Below, in pieces: positions 41,983 to 55,713 of a stretch of DNA of 64,000 bases (position 1 is its first letter; each line of letters opens with the position of its first letter). The position numbers and the translations under genes are program-made. The notes under the pieces are model-generated. The model was not told the DNA's origin. It was given only the letters and a program-made list of their open reading frames with translations, and made no database searches. Source of the stretch: the human T2T-CHM13v2.0 reference genome, Homo sapiens; the NCBI RefSeq assembly GCF_009914755.1, contig NC_060932.1; one strand, written 5' to 3'.

Positions 41983-42044
41983 CACAGCCAGGAAGTAGTA
42001 AAGTCAGGATCAACACTGCCAGGAAGTAGTAGAGTCAGGATCAA
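41983..42044. repeat. 31-bp tandem duplication inside an antisense MIR
   Basis: CAC(A/T)GCCAGGAAGTAGTA(A/G)AGTCAGGATCAA twice. Confidence 0.9.
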
Positions 42045-42529
42045 CTAACTCCAAAGCCCTCATACATGGGAAGGTTCTTTGATTTCTAGAAACAGAAAAC
42101 AGCTCTACCTTCCTAAGGATGGGGAAATAAAGCAGTAGTCCACAGGCATTTTGTGGAAGCCACCCAACAACTGAACCACCAGATGTTGACAGGGAGAAAA
42201 AATCAAAGAAGTTCAAGGATCCGGGGAGCAGGGGAAAAAATAGATACTGTCTTCCAGACATCCCTTTTGAATGAAGCATCTTCAACTCTTTTCAGCCCTT
42301 GTGTTTCTCCTTCTGGTTCCCTAGAGCAATCACCTGACTGACCTATCATGAGTCATGTGATCATCTTTTGACCAAGGAACAACAGAACACCATGATTGAC
42401 AGTCCAATCAAGACTGCGGAATGAGGAACACAGGCTTTTTTCCTTGTTGAAAGGAATACTGAGGTGCTGTTACCAGAGGGAAAGGGAAGAATGGATTCTG
42501 GGATTTAAAAAAACACAGAGACCCACTAA

Positions 42530-42745
42530 AGCGTGGCTTCCAAAATTTTTGACCGTGTTGCACGTTAAGAAATATATTTCACCAACATGTGAGCATCTAT
42601 ACACACGACTGAAATGAAATTTTCATATAACAATATGCGCCTTGCAATGTATAATACAGTCTGACACACATCCATTTCCTTTCATTTTTAGTAAGTGGAT
42701 TTTTAAATCCACAGTGGGTCACAACCTGCAGATTGGAAAGCACTG
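42530..42745. mobile_element. Old hAT-type DNA transposon remnant
   Basis: Terminal-like GCTTCCAAA...TGGGTCACAACCTGCAGATTGGAAAGCACTG; family uncertain. Confidence 0.45.
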
Positions 42746-43154
42746 CCCTCACTGTGAAAGATGTGTGTTCAACAATGAAGACACATATAAGGTGGGGAAC
42801 TCTGTAATGTATCCCCTCAGCGAACACTGGCGGGTCCATCTCACAAGGCAGATGTATGAAGAGAGATGCAAAAACCCCTGAGTAAGTAAAGGCTGATGAA
42901 AGGTGGGTATTTTCCCATAGAGATGGACCCTAAGACAAAGATTTGAGTCCAAGTAGCTTATTTTCAAGGTGATACCAGGATGCACAGGAAGCAGGGAATG
43001 AGGCAGGGGACAGAGGAAAGCCAGCAAAAGGGCACGTGGATGTGCTATCACTGGGCATCTAGGGCTTGGCCACATAGGAGACCTCTGAGAAACTGTGTGG
43101 AACATGCCTCAGGACTGTCCCTCCAAGAAACAAGTAAGTCGGGTGTTCATCCAC

Positions 43155-43601
43155 TGTGATGGTTAATATTGACCATCAACTTGATTGGATTGAAGGATGC
43201 AAAGTATGGTTCCTGGGTGTGTCTATGAGGGTGTTGCCAAGGGAGATTAACATTTGAGTCAGTGGACTGGGAAAGGCAGACCCACCCTCAATCTGGGTGG
43301 GCACCATCTAATCAGCTGCCAGTGCAGCCAGAATAAAAGCAGGCAGAAGAACATGGGAAGACTAGACTGGTTTATTCTTCTGGCCTACATCTTTCTCCCA
43401 TGCTGGATACTTCCTGCCCTCGAACACTAGACTCCAGGTTCTTCAGCTTTGGGGCTCAGACTGGCTTCCTTGCTCCTCAGCTTGCAGATGGCCTATTGTG
43501 GGACCTTGTGATCATGTGAGTTAATACTCCTTAATAAACTCCCCCTTATATATGCATCTATCCTATTAGTTCTGTCCCTCTAGAGAACCCCGGCTAATAC
43601 A
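43155..43601 (+). mobile_element. MLT2A1 solo LTR (HERV-L) inserted in an older LTR16-like LTR (about 42900-43800)
   Basis: TGTGATGGTTAATATTGA...TTGATTGGATTGAAGGATGC...CTAGAGAACCC..GCTAATACA; perfect TSD TCCAC at 43150-43154 and 43602-43606. Confidence 0.93.
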
Positions 43602-46043
43602 TCCACCCACTGTCATCCCTCCGTAATGAAGATAGAAACAAACCCATTAACTTCCTGATACTTCCAGCCTGCCCCATGTGAGGACCAAATGCCCATGGCC
43701 ACAGAACACCTTCAGGCAGAGAGACACCAGAAGCTTTGGGTTGGAAGGGAATTGTCTGTAGATAACCTCTGGGCTGGGCTAAGAGGATATAGTTCAAAGG
43801 TCTCCTGCAAGATGTAACTAGGAGGCAGGAGGAGTAGCTCATTGTCAGCCATTTCAGGAACTGATTTCAGCCCTAAACACCTGTCTCCCTTCCCAGACCA
43901 CACCTCATGGTCTGGCATACCCTAGCTGTCCATTGCACATTGGAATCACCAATTCCCTGATTTCTAAATTTACCAAGTGCTTTTCAGCCTGTTTTCCTGC
44001 CTCAGCATTGCTGAAAGAAGACAGGAAATCTGGCCAACTGGCTCACTGGTACTACCTGGGCCCTCTGGTTCTCCACCAGTGTGCCAGAGAACATCTCATT
44101 CTACACCAAAGATCTCTGCCACAACATTTCAGTAAAACTTTATTCATCCTTTCCCTCCTCTTAGAGAAGATGGCCCTACTCTTGTCAAGGTGCCAAGGAA
44201 AACAAATATTCAGGCAGAGGGAAGGGATCTGGTGCACCTACTGTTTGTCCGATTGAAATAAAGAAGATAGATTGACTTTGGGAATCAAATCCAAGGGGAT
44301 GGGAATAGAAACGGTGTTGAGAGTAGAGGAGCAAACTCTTAATCAGCAATTCCTGAGGGCAGCGTGTCTTGGCCCAGGCTGCAGTGTCATCTGAGGAGCT
44401 TTTAAAGATGACCAGTTCCCAGCAGGTGATGAGGCAGATCCCAGGCATCAGTACATTTTTAAGTTCTCCAGATGCTAATGTGCAGGAGCTATAAGATGGG
44501 ACAGGAAGGAAGAAATAGCATTTCTTGTGTGTGTGTCTTGTTTTCTGTTTGTTTAGATAAGCTTTGTATCTCATCCAATTCTGTCAACAATGCTGTATGT
44601 TAGATTTTACTGTACCCATCTCAAAGGCAAGAAAACAGGATAACCAAAGAACTGGCCTAAGTTCTCATTGTCATGAACAAAGGAGCCAAGATTTCCACTG
44701 AAGACTGCCTGAGTCCAAAGACAATGACTCTTTCTACCCTCATCATTCTCTCCCCCAAGTAAAATTTTAATAAGATTGAAGATAAGAGAAAGGGGAAAGA
44801 AAAAAAAATCTAAAAATAGGGTGTCACTGGATAAGACAAGGCTGGTCTGGGTGAGACATGATAGGAGAGGGCTCTGTAGGCAGCAAGAAACCGTAGATAT
44901 CCCAAGCTGTTCATGGCACCAAGAAAAATGGGACAAAACCACCAAAGGGGGGTGGAGTGTCATCTAACCCTGTCAATGTTTCCTGAGCCTAGTCCTGCTC
45001 TCAAGGATGTCTCACATCCAAAGTTAACTCAATGGGCCATATTCCTATCAGACACTGGACTGTGACTTGGAACATCATGCCCATCAGCTCGAGTTTGAGA
45101 GCCTCTCAGCGTAGTTAATCTTCATCTTCTTTCTGGCTTCCAGACTGACTATATTCAGCTGTGAGAATAAACTGACATCACGGTAACCAGCCTTTCCTTA
45201 TTTCCACAAGTCATTTCTCTCTTCTCTGTGACTGCTTGGCTCTCTAAGCTCGGCAGCCCATCTGGTTGAAGGGATATCCTGCTGCTTACAGCCTCCTCTG
45301 GGACTGCTCAAAGACAAGAGAAACCCTATCCATTTATACTCCCCTGTGTTTGCTCCATGGAACTGAATTTTATTTAAGCATCACATTTGTAGAAGGAAAA
45401 GGCATTTGTGTGTTTTCTTTCTTGATTGTATTTTTCAGCAACAAGATGCCCAATAAATTAAAGCAATCCTCAGAAGGAAAACTTCAAAACCAAAATCTCC
45501 CAAGCACCGTGTGCTCCCAAAGTCATAGAGCGTCTTTTAGTGAGTATCGGAAAATAAGGAGAGCTGGAAGAGGCCCTAGGAATCATCTCTTAGAAGGGGA
45601 AGCTGAAGCCCAAAATGGGGGATTGACTTGCCCCATGTCATGGCACAAGGCAGTGCTAGAAGTGGGACCAGAATATGGGTGCTTTGGCCTCATGTCCCCA
45701 GATGGTGTTTTGCTGGGCAGGGGCTGCATGCTGAGGAAAGACAGAAGAACATCACATTGAAGGTTGAAGGAGGCTTTCATGGGCCTGGAAGAAAGTAAAA
45801 CTGGTGCCAAAGAAAACAGCGTATTTAAAACTGCAGGCTTAGCTTCAACAGTGATGAAAACAAAGTGATCTTTGCTATTTACCAACCCATCACTCCCAAG
45901 TTGACTAATGCAAGGGCCACCATATTGCACAACTCTAGGAGGCTCAACTCATACTGTCCTGTTAACCCGTATTTTAGAAAAGCAGAAAAATAAGAGCTCA
46001 ACAAATATTAGCTATCCTTTTTCTTGTTTTGTATTAACAGCTA

Positions 46044-46520
<477 letters not shown>

Positions 46521-46529
46521 TCAGCAAGA

Positions 46530-46760
46530 CTGATTAAGCACTCACGGGTGTTAGCTATGTGGTAGGTAGCATTGTTGTAAGTATTTTACACGTGTTCATC
46601 CTCTCAACAACTCAATGACAGAGGTACTGTTGTTAAGGCCCATTTTACAGATGAGGAAACTGAGATGAGGAGTCATCCAGTAACCGGCAAGTCACATGGC
46701 CAACAAGCGGCAAAGGGTGATTCAAAGGCAGCAATCACCTCTCAACACTGCATCCTTGAC
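46530..46760 (-). mobile_element. MIR SINE
   Basis: CCCATTTTACAGATGAGGAAACTGAG core. Confidence 0.8.
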
Positions 46761-47300
46761 TACTTGCAGCATGGCTCTTTATGTTATTTGCTCCTGAGAG
46801 TTGGGGGGCAGTTGAGTCCTGCTCCATTTCCCTCAAATCACCGCAGTTGACCTACATGAAGTTTGTAATGGGGCTGACAGTGAGGAAGGGATCTGGCTCA
46901 AGCATAGGAGGACCCTTAAGGGGAGGCAGACCACTACAACTCTGGGAAATCTAGGAAGGATTGGTGGCATCCTTAAGGAAGCACAGGCCAGAGCCCCTCA
47001 GCATCACAGTGGGCATTCAGAGGGAGGCCCTGGGCCTCTGGGAGCTCTACACTTACCCCCACATCCATCCCTGCTTCAGGCATATAGAGTTAAAAAAAAA
47101 AGAAAAGAAAAGAAAATTAAGCTCCTCCCCAAGAGGCCAACAGAAAATATTCAAAGTAACTCAAAACCTCCTCCAGCCTTTCTGAACCCAGTAGAGTTAG
47201 GAGATATTTTTAATTCATCCCACTCTGTAACCTTGAGCAATTTACCTAATCTCTTGAGTTTTAGTTTCTTCATCTCTATAAAATAAAGTTCACACTTACC

Positions 47301-47305
<5 letters not shown>

Positions 47306-47340
<35 letters not shown>
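47306..47340. repeat. (TG)n microsatellite within a MIR
   Basis: Read directly from the sequence. Confidence 0.97.
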
Positions 47341-47342
<2 letters not shown>

Positions 47343-47454
47343 GAAATTAAATTTGACATAATTGGTGAAAAAGGCTTAGCACAATGCTTGCCAACTGGTA
47401 GAAGACCAATAAATAATAGCTTTCATCTACCCTTTTGGGACAGAAAAGGACGCT

Positions 47455-47927
47455 GTTAGGTTCCTATAAAACATTTATTTTTCATTATTTACCAATAAGC
47501 CCTTAATTTCAGGGCTACAATATGCCCAGAAAACAAGATCACCTCCCCAGACACCTTCGCAGTTAGGGTGGGCACATTTCAGTTCTGGCAGATGAAATGT
47601 AAGGAGAAGACTATTTGGGAAGCAGAGGGGTATCTTCCAGGAAATCTGTTGCTTCCCTAAAAATTGGAGAAACAGACTCAGCTAGCATTTCCTTTGACCT
47701 ATGACCCTTCCTCTTCCTCCTATTTGAAGGTGCAGCGGCCATCTTGCCACCATAAGGACAAAACCACAGGCTGATCACAGGAATAGAGAAGAATCTTGGG
47801 TCCTAAATAACATCCTCTGATTATTACACCAATTCTACATTTCCTGCATCTTGACTAGTTGTGTTAGAAAAATAGACCCCTAAAAGGTGTTCCATTATTT
47901 GTAGCTGAACACATTCCTAACTGGTAT
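47455..47927 (+). mobile_element. LTR33-like ERVL LTR
   Basis: AGTTCTGGCAGATGAAATGTAAG, GCGGCCATCTTGCCACCAT, GTAGCTGAACACATTCCTAACTG. Confidence 0.55.
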
Positions 47928-49822
47928 TTACCAATCCCAGTTTTATATATTGAAATAGAAGAAAGTATAGCAATTCTGGGGTGTTCGTCCAAGGTCACAT
48001 AATGAATTGATTGGTGGCAAAGTCATGCCTGCTGAGTATCTGAGTCTTAAATTTCCAACCCCAAAACTCTCCAAATAGATTACATTTCCACAATTATTGT
48101 ATCTATGTCAAGAATCAGAATGATCAGTGTTATAAAGCATTTAGGTGCAAGACAATTGTGCTGGTATATAGGAAGCTTTCTTCTAGAAATTTAAGTAGTC
48201 AAAATATATTTTTGAAAATCATGGATTTTATTTAATCTGTGCAAGCGGACTTTTCAATCTGGGGGCAAATCACACATGAAGCTTACAAAAGGAACTGTTA
48301 ATCTACGGAACCCAGCTCCATCTCTCTGGAAACACAAGGAAGCACCTTTGAACCATCCAAAGAACATCATGCTGTGAAATCAACAAATAGAGCTGTCTGC
48401 CCTCATATCTATCCTAAAGAAGATACTGGATTTGAAAAAGACATGTCTTTGAACTGCTAATAAATATTTTACAACCCTGATCTTTTAGGAAGTCAGGATT
48501 GACTAGCACTATCTCATAAATGCAAGCTTTGCACAGTACAATTGTTTGGGCTTATATATTGTCTGCCTTGTATTGTTATAATTTAATGAAAGCTATTTGC
48601 TGAACTCAAAAAATGTAATTAATAAAACTATATCCAAATTCCCTGGCTGAGAATTTGTATCTGCAACAAAGCTGCTGGATATGAGTTTGGTCAGAATCTC
48701 TGGAACTTTGGGATCCTTGGGAGAAGAAAATCTACTCCTTTGCTTTAGAAATAGATGCATCCTTGGAACTGTCCGGGTGGGTGTAGGTAGTGGTGCTTAC
48801 AACTCATCCCACCACCAAGCAATAGACCCCGAGTAGGATGGCTTCATAGTGATTCCCCCAGTGGCCTTGGTTATACTCATGAACCCGTTCCCCTGGCCAG
48901 GTTCAATTGGCCCAGCATAAAAACATGTGACCCAAGTTGTGGCATATTCTCTATCATGGAAAGTTAAGACTTGAACAAGGAGATGTAGTGATGGGAAGTC
49001 TTTAGAATTGACTCAGCTGGCTTGCTACAACCCAGAAAGTGAGCCCACAAACTACTACCAGTGAAGTCCTGGGATCTCGTTTAGTTCCTGCCCTTCCTGA
49101 GATCCTCTAATTCTCTGAGCTCACCCAGTAAGGCACTAAGGACACCTCCTTTAAAACTTGAGCTACACTGAGTCAGTTTGTTTCTTAAGACCAACAGGAT
49201 CCTAGTGAATACACCTGACACTATTGTGCACCAATTTGTAGGGTCACAGAGCCAGAAGGAAACACAAGAGTTCTCCTAGTTCCTTTCTACATTTAAGCAG
49301 GAATAAGCAGTCCCAATCTTGGGCAAACAGGTGGCAGGGAATCTCCACCTTATTGTCTTTAAGCCTCTAAGGAAAGTAGTTTCAACATTCGGACCCCAAA
49401 CTCTACACCAAGAACCTTTTCTTCCCATGTTCTTTATTGGCACCTGCCGTGGTGCCAAAAGTGTAACAAGTGGTTTTTGGTATGGGCTTTGGGGCTAGGC
49501 TCCCAGGGTTGGAATCTGATGCTGCTGCTTTCTAGCTGTATGACTTAGGGTATTGTTCATCCTCTCCATGCCTCAGCTTTCCCTCCTAGAAAGGGAATAA
49601 AATTCATACTGTTTGCCTCATGGAGTTGTTGTGAGAATTAAGTGAGTTAACCCATACGAAGTTCTAAGAACAGCACTTCACCTCTACTTCTCCTACTGTC
49701 TCCTCTTTTGTATTTCAGGCATGCCAGCTTATACGTGTTCTTTCCTGCCTAGAGTCTTGGGGGCGGTCTTTGTACATTCTGTTCTTTCTGCCTGGGAGCC
49801 GTCCTCTACTCCCCACAGCCAC

Positions 49823-50350
49823 TCAGTGATAAATGGCAAAACTGGCCCCAGTTCACCACCCCTTCCTATAACCACACTCTTTGCTATGTGATTTTACAGC
49901 TCCTCCCATCAGCAGGTGGAGTCTATATTCCTAACCCCTTAAATCTGTACTAGTCATGTGACCTGCCTTGGCCAATAGTTGAGTAGAAGTGGCATTGTAC
50001 TAGTTTTGATCCTGGACCTCAAGAGATATTGCATGTTTCCATTCTCTCTCTCAGACTCCTTCCAGCTACAAGCCTAGTCTAGCCTGCTAGATGAGAAACA
50101 CGTGGACCAGTCTCCACCCATTACCCCAGCCCACAACTAACCAATCCCTTGAAGCAGAATCACCTAGCTGACCAGCATCTGACCATCGAGGTATAGTGGT
50201 CTCACCACACCAGCTGAGACCAGAAGAACCACCCAGCTGAACCCAGCCCAAATTGCCAACTCACTGCATTACAAACTGAATAAGTAACTATTGTTTCAAG
50301 CCACTAAATTTGAAGGATGATTTGCTACATTGCGAAAGCTAACTGATATA
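49823..50350 (+). mobile_element. MLT1H/G-type LTR
   Basis: AGCTCCTCCCATCA..AGGTGGAGTCTAT...CAGAAGAACCACCCAGCTGA...AAGCCACTAAATTT...GCTAACTGATA. Confidence 0.75.
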
Positions 50351-50921
50351 CACCCTCTCTAAGCCTCAGTTTCTTCAATGATAAGACAGAAATAATAAAA
50401 ACAGGAATAATACAGCCTACCTCAGAAAAACAAGCGTAAAGACTGAAAGAGATTATGCTTCTCAAGTGCCTATGCAACAGTATTACATAGCTATAAACTA
50501 CCACACACATTGTAATGATGATACTGATTATTTACATTGCCTCTCATCTGTATATTTGAAAGTAATTATATCTAATGAATAGGTTGTTGTGATAAATTGA
50601 GAAAATATGTGAGATGCTTAGCGCCATGTCAGATACAAACAGAACATCAATAAGTAGTTATACTTAATGAGCTGCTGTTGTCAAGTATTACTACAGAGTC
50701 TCGGCTTCTTTATTCTCTCCCCTGGCCATTACACACAATCTTCCACTGCCACCCCCTCCTATCTTACCTTCAGCCCTCAGAGTTCCATCACCTTGATGAT
50801 TAGACGTTGGCTCCCAGCCTTCACCCTGACACTAGGGCAACTCCAGCCTGCAGAGCCCACTTCCTGGGAGAAAGCATTGGAACGCCCGGGACTCCTTGAA
50901 CGTCCGTCCGGTCGTGAACTT

Positions 50922-50940
50922 CAGCCACTAGGGGGCAGCC
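50922..50940 (+). promoter_or_regulatory. CTCF core motif
   Basis: CAGCCACTAGGGGGCAGCC closely matches the CTCF consensus CCAC(C/T)AG(A/G)(G/T)GGC(A/G); unique, locally CpG-richer context. Confidence 0.65.
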
Positions 50941-51834
50941 TCACCCTCCAGCCTCGGGAAGCTGAGCCGGTCCTATGGGGTTTTTTCCCTCTTCTGATCC
51001 TGCAGTCTGAGGGCCCAGGATTTGGGAAGCCCCCGCTGGTCCCACTGTCTACGGGTCTCAGCCCCACTGTGGCCACTCACCTGTTCATATTCCCCCCTTC
51101 CCTCCTAAGTGGGAAGTACCCCATCCCCCAACCACTTTGAGCAGACACTGGTGGCGGAACCTCCCCAGCTCAGTGTAACCTCTCAACCTGCGCGAGTGGT
51201 TTCATAATTCATGCCTGCCCATCAGCAGACAGATTTAGCCTGCTGCCTGCTGAGTCTGAAAATACTGAATATTAAAATATCCCAGACGCTCGCCCTTCTA
51301 ACGCCCTCGCCTCTCTCGGATTCATATGCAGTTGGCTGCACAAACAATTCCAGGGACACACATCAATTTGTCGATTAAGTAGGGTTTGAGCACCCGTATG
51401 TGTAACTTTCATCAAAACAGGGAAAGGCGTATTCAGGGCTGCGTGCTCGGTGTGTGACCTTGAAGAAGTCTTAGTCTTCTGGCTTCAGAGCCAGTATATT
51501 TTTTTCTACATCACATTGCTCCTTAAACTCTCAGGGCCCTTTTTGCAGCACTATTTGTGATTAAGAGAAATGGGAATCCAATTTGAAGGATTTCACTGAG
51601 CAAAGTAGAGCAAAAGACCTGCGGAAACAATCTCTGCCCACCCAGGACAGCAATAGAGAGGTTCCCAGCAATTAAAGCCTGCCGGTAATGAGGATGAGGA
51701 AGCAGAGGACTCTCATATTTGGTAAAGAAAGGGGTGTGCAAGTGTGTACGTGTGTGTATCTCACACCCCTTTCAAGTCTGACACCTGTTATGTATATCAA
51801 AGACTGCCACATATTTCCTGCCTTCGATGGTGAG

Positions 51835-52131
51835 TTTTGTTTTTATTTTGAGACGGAGTCTCACTCTGTTGCCCAGGCTGGAGGGCAGCGGCGTGATCTC
51901 GGCTCACCACAACCTCTGCCTCCCGGGTTCAAGTGATTCCCATGCCTCAGCCTCCTGAGTATCTGGGACTACAGGCATGCACCACCATGCCCGGCTAATT
52001 TTTGTATTTTTAGTAGAGACGGGGTTTCACTGTGTTGGCCAGGCTGGTCTTGAACTCCTGACCTCAAGTGATCTGCCCGCCTCAGTCTCCCAAAGTGCTG
52101 GGATTACAGGCATGAGCCACTGCACCTGGCC
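51835..52131 (-). mobile_element. AluS SINE
   Basis: Full antisense dimer; TSD GATGGTGA(G/A)TTTT. Confidence 0.93.
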
Positions 52132-52231
52132 GATGGTGAATTTTAAACCTTCTACTTGAAGATTCTGGGCCTTTGCTAAGGCACACACCTTTGCTAATAT
52201 CCAGTAATGACATGACCAGCAGCAAATGTAG

Positions 52232-52976
52232 CTAAAAACAACAGAAATTTATCATCTCCCAATCCCGGAGGCAGAAGTCTGAAATCAAGGAGTCAGCAGA
52301 GCCTTGCACCCTCCAGGGATCTAGAGCAGATAATTCCCTGCCTCTTCCGGCTTTTGGAGGCTCCTGGCATTTCTTGGCTTGTGGCAGCATCTCTCTAATT
52401 TCTGCCTCCATCTGCACAGGGCCTTCCTCCCTCTCCCTGTGTGTGTCCTCTCCTCTTCGTCTAAGGACCCTCGCGTTGAGTAATCTTAGACCACCCTAAT
52501 CCAGCATGATCTCCTCTCAATCTTTATCTTAATTATATCTGCAAGATCCTATTTCCAAATGTCTTAGTCTGTTCAGGCTGCTATAACAAAATACCTTCTA
52601 TTGGGTAATTTATAAACAACCAGAATCTGTTGCTCACAGTTCTGAAGGCAAGGCTCTAGTCAATTTGGCACCTGATGAGGCTAGCTCTCTGCTTCAAATA
52701 TGGCACCTTCTTGCTGGGTCCTCACATGGCTGAAGTGGTGAAAAAGCTTCCCCAGGCCTCTTTTATAAGGGAAATGATTCCATTCACGAGGGTTCCACCT
52801 TCACGTCCTAGTCACCTCCAAAGGCCTTACCCCTTAAAGCCAACATATTGGGGATTCGATTTCAACACATGCATTTTAGAGAAACATAAATATTCAGACC
52901 AGAGCACCAAATAAGGCCACAATCTGAAGTTCAAGGTGGGCATGAATGTTAGAGTGTCGCCACTCAGCCCACAACA
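52232..52976 (-). mobile_element. MLT1B/C-type LTR split by MLT1A
   Basis: AAAACAACAGAAATTTATC...GAAATCAAGG...CCTATTTCCAAA then TAAGGCCACAATCTGA...CAGCCCACAACA. Confidence 0.78.
52560..52906 (-). mobile_element. MLT1A LTR nested in an older MLT1
   Basis: TGTCTTAGTCTGTTCAGGCTGCTATAACAAAATACC...ATTCAGACCAGAGCA; TSD CCAAA at 52555-52559 and 52907-52911. Confidence 0.85.
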
Positions 52977-55713
52977 CCCACTTTATCTCTATCTTGGGTT
53001 CATACGAGGGTTTGCTCCTTCTTTGGAGTACTGGAATGTGGTTGAAGGCAATATTATTAGTTTAACTCCCTGTTGTTACCTTAAGCAGGCTCTTTCCACA
53101 AGACCTTTCTATGGGTTCACTAATGAGGCTGAAGGAATTTGTTCCCCAATACCTAGCACATACACAGCAAATCACACTTTACAAAGCTCCACATCCTACT
53201 TACTCTCTATGTCAGCTCCGTAAGGTAAATAGTTTTACCCCTCACTTTGCAGAGGAGAAAACAGGCTCTAGGTGTGAAGTGACTGTCTCAGATCTCAGCA
53301 ACCACAAGAGGCAGGACCTTCAATCCAGGCTTTCTGATTCCAACCTGGTGCCCCCATCAACTGCACCCCACCTGTGTCTCCTATAAGCTGAAGACATCCC
53401 TCATAAGGAAGAGTAACCAGATATCTGGCTTGTGCCTGCTGTCCCAGTATACACATTATTAGCTCTCCACTTCATTCCCAGAAGTGTCCCACTTGGACAG
53501 TAAGTTATATGATAACCTTCTCAGCAGTCTTGGCCACAGAGCTCCCTGCCTCTGCCCTAGGTCCAGCCCTTACCGTGTTAGGCTATGGGACAAAATAGTA
53601 TTTTTCTCCTTCTGTTTTTCTTTTCTTGCACATGAGCTTTATGACAAAGAGGCATGAAGCTTTGCCAAAGTTGGGAGTGGTATATTATGTTCTTCAAGGG
53701 AGCCAGGATGGTCTTTAAATCTCTCCATACCTTTCCGTCCTTGGGAAAGATTGGGCTGGGTCAAAAGCCAAAGCAGAATCAGGAATGAGCTTTGCTCCCA
53801 ACATACACCACAATGCAGAGACTTCACAATCCAAACCTTATCTGCCTGGCCTCAGACAGCTCCAAAAGGATGGACGTGCCAAAAATCCCATAGCAGCTGG
53901 CATGAAGGCTCTGCAGCAGGGTCACAAGACAGAAACAAGTGGAGATTTAAAGGGAAGAAAGATCTTTATGGAACAGAACCTGACATTACACATCAAAAGC
54001 TTGAAGCAATATTTACGTGTGTGTGTAAGGCACGTGGGGTTTGTGTACAAGGATGCTTGGCTGAATCTAGAAAAGTTTTGAAGGGATACCCAACAGAATG
54101 TTACCAGTGCTCCAGGGATGGCTTGGAGAGGCAGAGAGAGTAAGGGGACTGTCACTATAGAAATCATGCATGCCTACTTTTTTTATACTTTTTTAAGTAC
54201 AATTTTCTTATTTAAGAGTTTTTATTGTGTAACTTTTTATTCATCTATTTCAATGCAGGAATTTAAGTTGAAGAAAGAATTAAGCCCATGCACAAAGGCT
54301 GAGCTGACAGGGACTTGCATGAAAGCTTTGCTTTCTAACAATAAAACCTCAGTCCTGAACTCATCGTCCAGTAATAGGGTATAGTCATAATAGAGAATTC
54401 CACTCAGCTGTTAAATAACTTTCAAATGAATATTTATGGACCAAAAGAAAGGTGATAGTCATACATTATATAGAAATAAAGCAACTTTCACAAGTGAGTA
54501 TAATCCAACACCATGTTTTAAATCTCCATCTACATGTAGAAATATACAGATATTATTCTTAACAATCTTGGCTGTATTATCATTGTTTATTTTACTCTAG
54601 CTTTGAATTTTCACATTTCTGCAATGAATAGAAATAAGGAGAAAGTTGATTTGACAGAGTGCCAAGAGGCGTGGCCAGGGCGCCCTCTGAAATCTCGTCA
54701 GGTGAGTGTGACACCCTGTGAATTCCTGCCACTACTCCATAAGGTAGTTTGGCTCCTGTTGTCTCTTGGGGCAATTCCTGCACAAGAAGTTTCAGCAGGA
54801 AACTGGAATGGAAAAAATGGAATATGTGGGGCCCACAAGCCCCTGCCTACCCTGCCAGTTGCCATGGAGGGAAATGATTGAGGAGGGAAAATTGTGAGAG
54901 GCCACACCTGGGCTGATTTGGAAAAGGCAGATTTTCACGTGGTTCTCGCCAATCTCCCATGTCTTCCACCTACACCTCTCAATCACCTAACAGAAGTGAT
55001 TGTATGAGAATTTTCAGGGGTAGTGTTACAAATCACTCAGCCTGGTGCCAGGCACACTGGAGGGTGCAATGGGTGAATGGCCATATCAAAAGCTGGGGCT
55101 GGAAGGGGTGGTGGAATAAAAATGTTTGTGAGCATCTCCCATGAGCTACCTTTATGAGCCTTCACAACAAGAACCTGGCACATGCCTTGTGGTTACTCCC
55201 ATTTTACAGATAAGAAAACTGAGGCTTAAAGAGAGTGAGGGATTGGCCCAACATCATTCAGGCAATTAGTGGCTGAGCCTAATCATGCAAACCCTAATCT
55301 CCCTGTCTTCAAACCCACTTCCTTCCCCTCCCAGGAGACTCTGCACTCGGGCTTTCTATACGGAGGAGGCACTGGGACCAGCAAAGACGTGAACCCACAA
55401 CACACACAGCTTGTGGCAGTGCATAGACTTCAGCAAGGCCTCTTTAGCCCTGAAGCATGTGACACATGGGGAAACTTGAGGCCCACACCCCCTCAGAAAG
55501 AGTCCCTTTGGAAATTACATTTTTAGCCATGCGCTAACATGTACTTTAGCATGGAAGAAAAAGACTTTCTTCCATGCAAGACACATCCTGTTTATAATCC
55601 CATTTGTTCCAACAAGAATTCTGAAGAGAGGGTGGAACAGGGGCTTTGTCATTTTACAGAGAAGGAAATTGACTTGCTGTGTGACCCTGAGCTAGTCCAC
55701 CTCCCCTTTCTGT

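Noticed and set aside
45266-45760. 164-aa ORF
   Set aside because: It has a non-ATG start, no recognisable domain, and its 3' part overlaps MIR-like sequence.
50667-51140. 157-aa ORF over the CTCF region
   Set aside because: No recognisable homology; the open frame is plausibly due to local GC richness.
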